Shown: positions 14,319 to 26,027 of the stretch, piece by piece
Layout of the letters: each line of letters begins with the position of its first letter
Position numbering within the stretch: the stretch's first letter is position 1
Source of the DNA: Eledone cirrhosa
Taxonomy: Eukaryota
NCBI GenBank assembly: GCA_964016885.1
Contig: OZ024741.1
Location: 126,666,001-126,730,000, forward strand
Direction: 5' to 3'
Length of the DNA: 64,000 nt
Position numbers and translations under genes: made by a program
Notes under the pieces: model-generated
Told to the model about the DNA's origin: nothing
The model's database searches: none
What the model saw: the letters and a program-made list of their open reading frames with translations, nothing else

Positions 14319-16448
14319 CTATCCGTTAGGGTAAAACGTAGGGCTGTAATACAGGAAAGTTTTGTACAATTTATGTTTACAAGCCGAAATTGCCTCAGAT
14401 TTTTTGTTTAAGATGTGGTCTGTGGCGTAGAGTATTTCCAAGGCCTCAGCGGCGCAGAGGTCACATGGTCTTTTATTTCCGTTATACGATCTAGCCCTAG
14501 CTAGGATCTCCCAGTGTAACTTATATTGGGTGTGGTTGTCTTTTAGACTCCAGATATAAGCTGAAAGTGACGTCATATTCCTTCTTAGAGGGTAACGAAA
14601 AGAATGGGTATGCATGTAAAGACGCTGCTTGAAACTATTGGCGGTTAACCCTATGTAGGCCCTACGGGACGTGGGTGTTACAACCTTACATTTGTAGACA
14701 ATGTTAATAGAGAGGCATTTCCCGGATAGGGGACAATCAGCCCGATTCCTACAATTACAGTTAGTACTAACTACAGGGTTGCACGTGTTCCTACGGCTAG
14801 GTATTTTAGCTAAATTTGAAGCTGTGATGTTATCTGCAAGGTTAGGAGTCGTTGAGTAAGAAATGTTAATAGTGTTTCTATTAAAAATGTTACTATATTT
14901 ATGTGTAGGGGGAAAATGCTTCGTAATAAGGGAAAGAAAGATCTTAGCTAATGGTGTGGCCACCTCCATATTATATGGTGGGTTAAACCAACAAATGCGA
15001 CGGGATCTATTTGTTCTAGATCTATTCTCGTACTCTGTATATGCTACCTTATCGACAAATCCACTTCGAGCAAGTGCTTCATTGTAATAAGTGGAATGAT
15101 CGTTGAAAATGCGCTCGTTGGTGGAAAGACGGGAAAGCCTCAACGAAACGTTTTTTACCAGGTTCTTGGTTATGCTGGCAGGATGGTTGGAATGCTTACT
15201 TATGTAATTAAGCGTATCATTCGGTTTTCTATACGGGTAATACAACCCATTCAATAAATTGAGGGTAACGTCGAGGTAATTAACGACCGAGAGATTGGCC
15301 TCAACCTGTATAGAGAGGTTGAAGCCTTTAAAGAAGGCTCTGAGTTCTTTTCTGAATCTGTCGCAAGCACGAGGTCCGCACTTAGTCATGGTCAAAAGGC
15401 CATCGTCACGGTACAAACCACCGCCCGCGTTGGGGAATTCGTCCTTGATTGAGAAAAGAAGGAAAAGGCCAATACGATCAGTAACCTCCGCAGAGTCACT
15501 GGCGCCCATACTCACGGCGAATGGGGTACTATTGGATTTTTTAATCCAAATAGAATCGTCGAAATTAATCACCGACTTTCGGGCATTAAGGATGACATCA
15601 ACTTCGAAATCCTTAACCACTGTGAGTGTTTTAGCGAAATTGATAGCTCTAAGGAGAAGTGGTAAAGTGATGGAGGAGTAGTAATTATTGATGTCGAATT
15701 GGATAAAACGGCAATGTTCCTTGTTACATATGCCGTTGAACCAATCAATCACCGCGAAAGAATTGTTCCACAGTGCGAGAGGGGCCAAATTTCTAATTTC
15801 AGGTATAATTCTATCAAGAATCGTTTTACTAAGTCTACCTAAATCGGACTTCGTAGGGTTAATAAGCCGAATAGAGGGGTTGTTCGGAAAATTGGATTTG
15901 TGGTCCTTCAGGGTAAAGTGGGGAGAGATAGGGTCCAGGGGTTCGGCCCGGTCCAGGATGTTGAGATCATATGTGATTTTAAACCCAGCATCGTTGATTT
16001 CATTGATGACACACCGATTAGTTTTACGGTAATCCTTAGTAACAGCATTATGTAGTAGTTGATGGTAAGTACTGCGCTCCACTTGATATAGGTTGCCAGT
16101 TTTGTCGGAATGGATGTGCACGGCGTTCGAATCCTTAATAGAACGAATTCTATTCTTCAGGTCTTGCTGGAAGGAATTGCTCCTATTCCGAAATTTGATA
16201 CTCCGAATGAGTTCCAAGACATAATTTTCGAAGGGTAGCAATGCTGGGTTCCACGGAGGGTTATTATAGGTTTTAAATCCAAACTTGTCCTGCTTGTTGT
16301 CTGCTTTTCGCGGATTATCGAAATAAAAGGCACGCCAACGCAACCTTTTAATGAACGCGTCTGTTTTCTGTATCAGGAGTTTTAGGTATGTTTTCCTGCT
16401 TGGTACGGGTATGTTCTTTGTAGAAATATTCAGATGTTGTTTCTGCAT
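14319..16448 (-). CDS. PLE polyprotein, 709 aa: reverse transcriptase, Cys linker, GIY-YIG endonuclease
   Basis: Motifs SDKTGNLY, IRLINP, QFDINNYYSSI, MGASDS, GLYRDDG, NYLDVTL, WFNPPY, CNCRNRADCPLSGKC, NIVYKC..AYIGLT..FKQR..H, CDLCAAE, LNKKSE; no internal stop. Confidence 0.95.
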   Translation of the reverse strand: MQKQHLNISTKNIPVPSRKTYLKLLIQKTDAFIKRLRWRAFYFDNPRKADNKQDKFGFKTYNNPPWNPALLPFENYVLELIRSIKFRNRSNSFQQDLKNRIRSIKDSNAVHIHSDKTGNLYQVERSTYHQLLHNAVTKDYRKTNRCVINEINDAGFKITYDLNILDRAEPLDPISPHFTLKDHKSNFPNNPSIRLINPTKSDLGRLSKTILDRIIPEIRNLAPLALWNNSFAVIDWFNGICNKEHCRFIQFDINNYYSSITLPLLLRAINFAKTLTVVKDFEVDVILNARKSVINFDDSIWIKKSNSTPFAVSMGASDSAEVTDRIGLFLLFSIKDEFPNAGGGLYRDDGLLTMTKCGPRACDRFRKELRAFFKGFNLSIQVEANLSVVNYLDVTLNLLNGLYYPYRKPNDTLNYISKHSNHPASITKNLVKNVSLRLSRLSTNERIFNDHSTYYNEALARSGFVDKVAYTEYENRSRTNRSRRICWFNPPYNMEVATPLAKIFLSLITKHFPPTHKYSNIFNRNTINISYSTTPNLADNITASNLAKIPSRRNTCNPVVSTNCNCRNRADCPLSGKCLSINIVYKCKVVTPTSRRAYIGLTANSFKQRLYMHTHSFRYPLRRNMTSLSAYIWSLKDNHTQYKLHWEILARARSYNGNKRPCDLCAAEALEILYATDHILNKKSEAISACKHKLYKTFLYYSPTFYPNG

Positions 16449-16994
16449 GATGAATATAAGTCAGTAGAGTGCTCAACCGAAGGAGCCAAATAGTAATAAT
16501 AATAAAATTGAAGACTAAAATCCAGAGAGGGCTCGATAAGGAAAATATATATTAAATATATAAGAACCGAAGAGCAAATATTTATTAAAATAACAGATTA
16601 AAGTTTAAGCAAAGAATCGCTGCTTCCACCCTTAACGGGATCTTCTGAAACTAACAAAGTCAATCTGTAAACGCAGAACTGGATATTTCGAAAAACGTTG
16701 CAACCGGAGGAAGACAGGAAGACGATACTTTGGTTCATGGTGACGTTCGCTGGCAAAGAACGGGAAAAAACGAATAATACGTCATTAATAGGAGCGGTGA
16801 AAAACAATTAAGTGAACGTGGTTCTGTCCTTGCACGTAATTGTTTTTCACCGCTCCTATTAATGACGTATTATTCGTTTTTTCCCGTTCTTTGCCAGCGA
16901 ACGTCACCATGAACCAAAGTATCGTCTTCCTGTCTTCCTCCGGTTGCAACGTTTTTTGAAATATCCAGTTCTGCGTTTACAGATTGACTTTGTT

Positions 16995-17045
16995 AGTTTC
17001 AGAAGATCCCGTTAAGGGTGAAAGCAGCGATTCTTTGCTTAAACT
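16995..17045 (+). ncRNA. Same U4A hammerhead-fold motif in the inverted pLTR; the copy at 16602-16652 (-) has GAAA changed to GGAA
   Basis: AGTTTCAGAAGATCCCGTTAAGGGTGAAAGCAGCGATTCTTTGCTTAAACT. Confidence 0.7.
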
Positions 17046-17056
17046 TTAAACTGTTA

Positions 17057-17118
<62 letters not shown>

Positions 17119-17148
17119 GTATATATATATATATATATTTAATATATG

Positions 17149-17349
<201 letters not shown>

Positions 17350-17356
17350 GTATATA

Positions 17357-17429
<73 letters not shown>

Positions 17430-17448
17430 GTATATATATATGTATATA

Positions 17449-17581
<133 letters not shown>

Positions 17582-17656
17582 GTAAATATATATATATGTA
17601 TATATATATGTATATATATATATACATATATGTATATATATACATATATATACATA

Positions 17657-17750
<94 letters not shown>

Positions 17751-17950
17751 AACGGAAAAAATGAAACGAAATTTCATTTACCACTCCTAGTACAGCTGTT
17801 ACTTAAATATAAGTATGTACACGTACATACATATATGTATACAGACATACATATATGTATGTACGTGTACATACTTATATTTATGTATATATATATATAT
17901 ATATACATATATTTATATATATATATATATATGTATATTTATATATAAAA

Positions 17951-18011
<61 letters not shown>

Positions 18012-18024
18012 GAATATAAAATGA

Positions 18025-18830
18025 AAGTGCTTTTATAAAGGAATTTATTAGGTATTGACATATGTTTCTGTAACAGACGGAATACCTATGTATCGCTGCT
18101 TGCGTAATCATATAATGTTAGCAAGTATTCGATAGCAAATGTATAAATAGTTGTAACCTCTTCAGAGATATTGGATAAATTGGAAAAAATCAGAAAAATT
18201 AAAGTATTTATATTAGTTGTAAGAAAGGAAGAAGAGAAGGGATAGTATATGACAGATGGCAATTCAATTTGCTGGTAAACAAGTATATAGAAGGTTTTTA
18301 ATGAGAATACAATGAGTATATGGCTTATTTTATCTAAATAAGAATTTTTGGGAGTGCCTATTTTAATCTATATTTGACCAATTGAACAATGGACAGGGCT
18401 GGTCGTTTGGTGTAGTAGTATTAATACAGATATAAAGTGTCCAGTAAGGAAGAGAGAGATTTTCACTGTTACTGTATAACAACAATGCTGGTAGCCTGCT
18501 GGTATATGCATAAGGGAATTGAATTAAGAAATCTCATTTTATCTATAGCAGTTTATATTAAATGGTAAAGAATAGAAGAGTTGATAGAATTAAGATTAAT
18601 AGAGAATGTTAATATGTATTTTGACAATCAAACGGAGATGGAGACAGGCGTTCAATCCTGGTAGCGTTTGTAATATGAAAATGTAAATTTCAAGCGATGG
18701 TTACAGTATAACGATCGCTCTATTCTGTTATTTAATAAAATATTTTTGGATTTCATAATACTAAATATTTCCATATTACACAATTTACAAAATTCCTGTC
18801 CTTGGAAATATGAAGGGGCAAACACTATTA
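18025..18830 (-). mobile_element. Old PLE 3' end: GIY-YIG C-terminus, 3' UTR and decayed HHR
   Basis: FCKLCNMEIFSIMKSKNILLNNRIERSLYCNHRLKF resembles the C-terminus of the other PLEs here; HHR-like motif at 18051-18170. Confidence 0.65.
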
Positions 18831-19131
18831 TATATATATATAGAGAGAGTATATGTTGGTTGTTTACCGACACCTCAGTATGCAGATTATAGCCCTCGAC
18901 GAAGTACGCAGGTTGGTTTTCGTTACTCCGGAGCAACGTAAAATAAAGTAATTAAGTCAAATATTTAAGATTTGGCTTCGTTTATTAAAGATGTACTGCT
19001 ATATATATCATTGGCTGTGATCTCTTCAGGCAGTTCGAATTGGTGTGGTAGAGACAGGTACACATGTTGTTAAAGTGTTTTACTCCGTCAATACTCCGAT
19101 ATGTCCAACTCCTGGTTGGGTTGTTATTTCT

Positions 19132-19546
19132 CTGAGGAACTGGAATCTATATATATATATTTAAAGGTTAAACAAGGTTCAATGAATAAATCAAAGAATG
19201 AGTTTTACAATAGATTGGAAGCACTCAGCAGGAATGTTTTTCCGGAGTTATTAATATTAATTCAAAATATTAACAAAAATAGACATTCGTGTGATCAAGT
19301 ATATTTTATTATACATATTTCAGAGGACGTACTGTTGAAGTTAGCTCAGTACCTCTGAAATATGTATAATAAAATATACTTGATCACACGAATGTCTATT
19401 TTTGTTAATATTTTGAATTAATATCAATAACTCCGGAAAAACACCAACCAGCTGAGTGCTTCCAATCTATTGTAAAACTCATTCTTTGATTTATTCATTG
19501 AACCTTGTTTAACCTTTAAATATATATATAGATTCAAGCTCCTCAG
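19132..19546. repeat. Fold-back palindrome of about 415 bp whose centre is a hammerhead stem II
   Basis: Arms mirror around GTACTG ttgaagttagct CAGTAC, followed by CTCT-GAAA-TATGTA-TA-ATAAAATAT, the HHR 3' half related to 54125-54195. Confidence 0.88.
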
Positions 19547-20329
19547 TGTTATGACAAAACTCAATATTTATATACCTTAAGATTGAGACATGAAACAATT
19601 TACATATAATATAGAGGGTGCGTGTGAGAAAGCTTTAAAATACATAATAGCAATTTACATAACTGTTAGAGATTCAAATAATTTAAATTATTGAATAAAG
19701 AAGAAAGAAAGACATAGAAACAGATGAGGAACAAATATAGTTACTAGAAGTATAGAAAGCAAAAGAGAATTGATCAAGGATAGAGAGACAAGGAGTAATA
19801 ATTTTTATAGTATAAACCATAGGGAGGGAGGTTTGTATTGTCGTGGATGAATAGGGTGTGATTAAATAATGCAAAAATTATATATATCTATACAAACACA
19901 TGAATATACATTTAGGCATAGCTTTGTGAACGAGTAAACTCGAATCTTTGAATTATTGAATTATCTAGAAGTATCCACCAATCTAAATATTTAATATATC
20001 TGTGTGTAATTATATGAGGGTTTAATTTTGAGTCCTTAGTTAATTAGAAATATACTAACAATTAATATACTAACAATTAATTGGATATATATAGTGTATA
20101 TAATTATACACTATATGCAGCCAAGCACTCGATGAAGTATAGACCTCAGAGTAATAACATACAGTTTAAAGGGCTTTGCAAATTGAAAATAGCGACCGCT
20201 AATTCAGCTGCCTGATCTGAAGCAACGAAAGAACTGACTAGTGAGAAAATAATATACACACACACACATACATACACACACACATATGCATACATACATA
20301 CACATACACATATGCATACATACACACAC

Positions 20330-20363
<34 letters not shown>

Positions 20364-20481
20364 GCGCATACATACGTATATGCACATATCTGTATATCTA
20401 TAAACATACTTGGACCGTCACTTAGAAATTATTGAATATCCATATATGTGTATATATACATATATATATACATATATATAC

Positions 20482-20613
<132 letters not shown>

Positions 20614-20626
20614 CTATATATATATG

Positions 20627-20660
<34 letters not shown>

Positions 20661-21104
20661 TAGGCTTGGCAACTTCCTGGTTGGTCGTGTTTCTCCTTAT
20701 TGCGAGATTTGAAATTTAAATCGACAGAAATCGGAAAATTATAACTTTACTAACTCTTTCAAATTAACCAAAATCCACTGTATCGGATGAGTATCTATTT
20801 TTTGATTCGATTATTTTACGTATGCTAGCGTTTTTAACGGGTTTATTTTCGCTGTTTGATATATTCTTCTAAAAATACGACACACACACGTGCTGTCTCT
20901 TTCTGCCATACAGAATATAGTGAGCTAGTTAAGCAACGTAATCAAACTTTAATTTAATTTTATTTTATTTCATTTTGTGTAACGCGTGATTTAATATAAT
21001 TTAATATAATTTTATTTGTTTCTGACTCACTGAGGATATATGTTTGTTATTGTCTTTGATATACTGATATAGTGATAACCACGTTTCACGATATATATAT
21101 ATTC

Positions 21105-21178
<74 letters not shown>

Positions 21179-21995
21179 TTTGTCCGCTGTTTATATTTGT
21201 AAACAAGCCGATACTGCAGTTAAAATCAAATATAAATGATTCGTGTTTCTATATGGTTGCGGGAATATTATTTAGAACAACGTGGAGAAGATTTTTAGAA
21301 AGACAATTATGAATACGATTTTTTGATACTGGGGGATTGTAAGATATATAGATGAATGAACCGAAGGAGCAAATTTTTTTTTTTTTAGAACAACAGTGAG
21401 ACAGAATTATAGAAAGACAATTATGAATACGATTTTTTTTATTCTGGGCGATTGTAAGATATATAGATGAATGAACCAAATGTGGAGAGTTGAGAAGAAA
21501 ATGAGATATGTACGTTACATTTCTTAGAAGTAGACTGAACGAGCGACCATCAATAATAGTTGACAAATTGTCTTTCTAAAAACCTTCTCCACGTTGTTCT
21601 AAATAATATTCCCGCAACCATTTTGGCCGAAAAATTTTGCCAGGTTTTATTAGGAATGGCCTCTCTCTCTCGGCCCGCTGAAATCGCCTCTCACCCTCTC
21701 ACTCTCACTATCATATACGCCGCTCTCTCACTCCCCCTCACTCCCTGCCAACCAAATATAAATAAGTCTTGTTACGGGGGACTAAACTCAGAATTTGTCA
21801 ACTATTATTGATGGTCGCTCGTTCAGCCTACTTCTAAGAAATGTAACGTACATATCTCATTTTCTTCTTAACTCTCCACATTCGGTTCATTCATCTATAT
21901 ATCTTACAATCCCCCAGAATGCAAAAAATCGTATTCATAATTGTCTTTCTATAATTCTGTCTCACTGTTGTTCTAAAAAAAAAAAGTCTGCTCCT

Positions 21996-24900
21996 CGCAA
22001 ACTACCCCATACCCCTCCCACCCGCCCCCACTCTCCACCTTATTATTTGGACCAATCACAAGTCAACGACCCATGCTAGCACTTCTGGTTGCTTTTCGAT
22101 ATGATGGATGAACTAGGGAATTTCTGGAGAGTCAGAAGAATCTGGACACCCGAAGACAATGCAAAAGATAACGACAAATTCACCTCATGCTGCCGCGGAT
22201 GGCCAACATAACCCCAACCCCATCCACCTCACCCCTCCCTGCACCCCACCCACCAAACGCAATCCAAAACTTCAGAGTTGGTACCATGAATGTAGGGACC
22301 TTAAAAGGCCGCTCTAACGAGGTTGTAGAAATGCTTGAACGTAAGGAGGTTGATGTCTGCTGTATCCAAGAGACCAGGTGGGGGGGGCGGGTCTGCTAGA
22401 TTCATTGTGGGTAAAAAACGATGCTATAAGCTTTTCTGGGTGGGAAATGACAATGGGCTGGGTGGGGTAGGAATCATGTTAGCAGAAAAATGGGTGGATA
22501 AGATAATAGACGTAAATAGAGTAAACGACAGAATAATTAAAATAAGACTTGTTCTAAATAGAACTACTGTGACGATAATATCTGCGTACGCGCCCCAATC
22601 CGGACTGCCTGGCGCTATAAAAGACACTTTCTATGAGACACTCATGCTCACTACCTCCCAAATAACCGACAGTGACTATATAATTATTGCTGGCGACCTA
22701 AATGGTCATGTTGGACAACATTGTGACGGCTATGATGGAATCCACGGAGGCTATGGGTTTGGTACTAGAAATGAGGAAGGCTCCAGAATCCTGGAATTCT
22801 GTGACGCAAATAACCTAACAATCTGTAACACTAACTTCAAAAAACGAGACAATCACTTGATCACCTACAGATCAGGGGAACATACAAGCCAGGTAGATTA
22901 TATCCTTACCAGAAGACGTGACAGAGTGTCTGTTGTAAACACTAAATCCCTCCCCCATGAAGAGTGCACCTCCCAACATAGACTGATAATTAGCGACCTC
23001 ATAGTCAGGACGAGACGTACCCGACAGCAGAAGAGGACTATCCTCAGGAGAAAAATATGGAAGCTAAAGGACCCCACAGCCAGAAATAAATTTCAAAGCA
23101 TATTACTTGATGCTTTCGACAGTAAGGAAGAGCATTTAGAGTCGTACAACATAGAGGAACAGTGGGAATTCCTGAAAGCAAACCTGCTGATAGCGGCAGA
23201 CGAAGTCTGTGGCCGGAGCAGGCCTATAGGTAGGAGGAGAGTAACATGGTAGTGGAACAGTAAGCTGCAGGAGTCGATTAAGGCAAAAAAGCAGGCTTGG
23301 AAAGTATGGCGGGATGGGGGAAGTAGAGAAGACTATCAAGTGGCCAGGAGGGAAGCTAGGAGACAAGTGTACTTCGCAAGAAGGGAAGCAGAGGAAAGAA
23401 AGTTCAAGCATGTTCTACAACGCGAGGACCAAAAACGTGAGGTGTTCAGGATTGCTAGGCAATGTGTCAAGGAAAACTGTGATATTGTCGGGGAGAAGTG
23501 TGTACTAAATGATGATGGCGTACTTGCCATCACTGACGCTGATAAGAAGGTAGCTTGGAAGTGTCACTACGAAAGGCTACTAAATGAGGAGAATAAATGG
23601 GAGAAGGACAGTCTCCCCCACATCGACCCAATAGAGGGACCAGCAGTGTTAGTGGAAGGTAGTATAATAAGTAAGGCAATCGAAGATATGAAGACGGGTA
23701 AGGCGGCTGGGCCTTCGGAAATGGTTGCTGAGATGCTGAAAGCCTCTGGAACGGTGGGACACACCATGGTCACCCGGATAGTAAACCAAGTCATACAGAA
23801 TGGGGTTGTTCCGAAGGACTGGCGTAGCAGCATCATCATTAACTGTTACAAGGGTAAAGGAGACGCCCTAGATAGGAGTAACTATAGAGGCATTAAATTA
23901 ATCGACCAGGTCATGAAGGTCACGGAAAAAGTAATAGTGCAACTAATCAGAGAGAGATTGATCTAGATGAAATGCAGTTCGGGTTTGTGTCAGGCAAAAG
24001 TACCACAGACGCTCTTTTCATTGTACGACAACTACAGGAGAAGTACCTAGCTAAAAGTAAACCCCTATACTTAGCTTTTGTCGACTTGGAGAAAGCCTTC
24101 GACAGAGTCCCCCGTTGCATTATCTGGTGGGCTCTTAGAAAACTAGGTGTTGATGAATGGCTTGTGAGAGCTATACAAGCCATGTATAAAGAAACAGTCA
24201 GCAAGGTTAGAATTAACAACGAATATAGTGAAGAGTTTAGCGTAAAAGTTGGTGTTCATCAGGGCTCTGTTCTTAGCCCCCTACTATTTATTATTGCCCT
24301 TCAGGCTATAAGAGTGGAGTTAAAGACCGGCTGCCCATGGGAACTCCTATACGCAGATGATCTAACGCTCATAGCTGAATCAATGGCCGAGCTAGAGAAG
24401 AAATTCCAAACATGGAAGCACAGCGTAGAATCAAAAGGCCTTAAAATTAACCTGGCTAAGACTAAAGTTCTAGTTTGTAGGAAAGAAAATAAGGCGCCGG
24501 TCCCTTCCGGGAAATGGCCATGCTCAGTGTGTAGGAAAGACGTAGGTAGAAACTCCATTTTATGTCCCAAATGCAAAGTATGGGTGCATAAAAGATGTAG
24601 TGGGATCACATGTAAGCTAACTAAGAACATAGATTTTACATGTGGCCGGTGCTCTGGTGCAATAAGTAGCAGCAAGTGCCCACAAATACTAGCTCTTTCA
24701 ATTGCGCAGAGGGTTCTATAGAAATAGTGGACAGCTTCCGTTACCTGGGTTACAAAATCAGCAGTGGGGGAGGGTGCTCTGAAAGTACAGTAGCTAGAGT
24801 CAGAACTGGATGGAAAAAATCAGAGAGCTTATACCACTATTAGCCGCTAAAGGGTTCTCCCTAAAAATGAAAGGCAGGCTGTATGATGCCTGCATACGAA

Positions 24901-25698
24901 CAGCAATGTTGCATGGCAGTGAGACCTGGGCATTGTGTGCAGAGGATATACGCAGACTAGAGAGGAACGAAGCTTGCATGCTCCGCTGGATGTGTAATAG
25001 TAATATACGCGAACGGTAAAGCATAAACGAACTAAGGGAAAAATTAGAAATAAGAGGGATCAGGTGTTGTTTGGTCGAGAGAAGGCTACGTTGGTATGGT
25101 CACGTGATGCGCATGAAAGACGACAGCTGTATAAAAAAGTGCAGGGCAATAAAGATAGACGGTAGCCACGGAGTAGGCAGACCCAGAAAAACCTGGGACG
25201 ATCTGATAAATTCCGACCTCACACACGTACACCTCCCCAAGACAATGTCACTGGACCGAGATCTTTGGCGGTACTCAGTAATAGAGAAGACCCGCCTTAC
25301 CTGAATACAAAGTAAAACCTACTACAGTCAGTAGGCATCTCTATCAAAACACACCCCCGTCCCACCACCCCCACCCCATCCACACCGCCCCGTTTCAATG
25401 TAAAGTTATGTGGTGCCACAACATCCAGGCCGAAACAAATGAGATCATGTAGGTGTCTTGACAAAAAAACACACAGTCCACGCTGTAATGTGGCCGTGTA
25501 GGCAACACGGTAAAAACCTCCCAGTCCCATACTGTAAATGTGGTTGGTGTTAGGAAGGGCATCCAACTGTAGAAAACCCGCCAGACAGTCCTATGCGAGC
25601 AAGACAACCACTCTTGCCTCAAGTGGGAAAACTCCCGTCCAAACCCATGCAAGCGTGGAACATGGACGTTAAACGATGATGATGATGATGATGATGAC
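21996..25698 (+). mobile_element. RTE-clade LINE, near full length, inactivated by frameshifts and stops; APE endonuclease, RT, PHD-like Cys finger; (GAT)n tail
   Basis: GTMNVGTL/IQETRW, SAYAPQ, GDLNGHVG, QVDYIL, SQHRL (APE); QFGF, FVDLEKAFDRVP, GVHQGSVLSPLLF, LLYADD (RT); CSVC..CPKCKVWVHKRC; LRWYGHVMR; tail GATGATGAT at 25675-25697. Confidence 0.93.
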
Positions 25699-25899
25699 AT
25701 CTTTAACTTAATTGGGTGTCATTAACTTATTTTAATCTATTTTCTTTGTCTCCTCTCATCTACTTTTATATTTCATGTTGATATCATTTGTTTTCACTTT
25801 GTTTTGGTGTTTTAACCGCGAAATATTATTGTTTTTCGAACAACATTAAATCATTGATATTTAATATTTAAGGTTGTTTCAATTATACACTGCTATCTT

Positions 25900-25955
25900 C
25901 CACGCTGTCTCATTCCTTCTTTCCTTCTTTCTCTCTATCTCTATCTCTAGATCGC

Positions 25956-26027
<72 letters not shown>

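Larger units (their letters stand above)
13251..17063 (-). mobile_element. Penelope-like retroelement, apparently complete: direct pseudo-LTRs (13251-13570 and 16491-16814) plus an inverted pLTR copy (16815-17063), within (TA)n
   Basis: Near-identical repeat starting TAGTAATAATAATAAAATTGAAGACT at 13251 and 16491; 16815-17063 is the reverse complement of about 13344-13592; encloses an intact RT+GIY-YIG ORF; TA tracts on both sides. Confidence 0.93.

Noticed and set aside
15295-16032. ORFs antisense to the PLE, RTE and CR1-type coding regions
   Set aside because: Shadow frames of retroelement ORFs with no independent motifs
18960-19035. Minus-strand CTGAAGA near a pLTR-like region
   Set aside because: GAAA and stems I and III could not be completed
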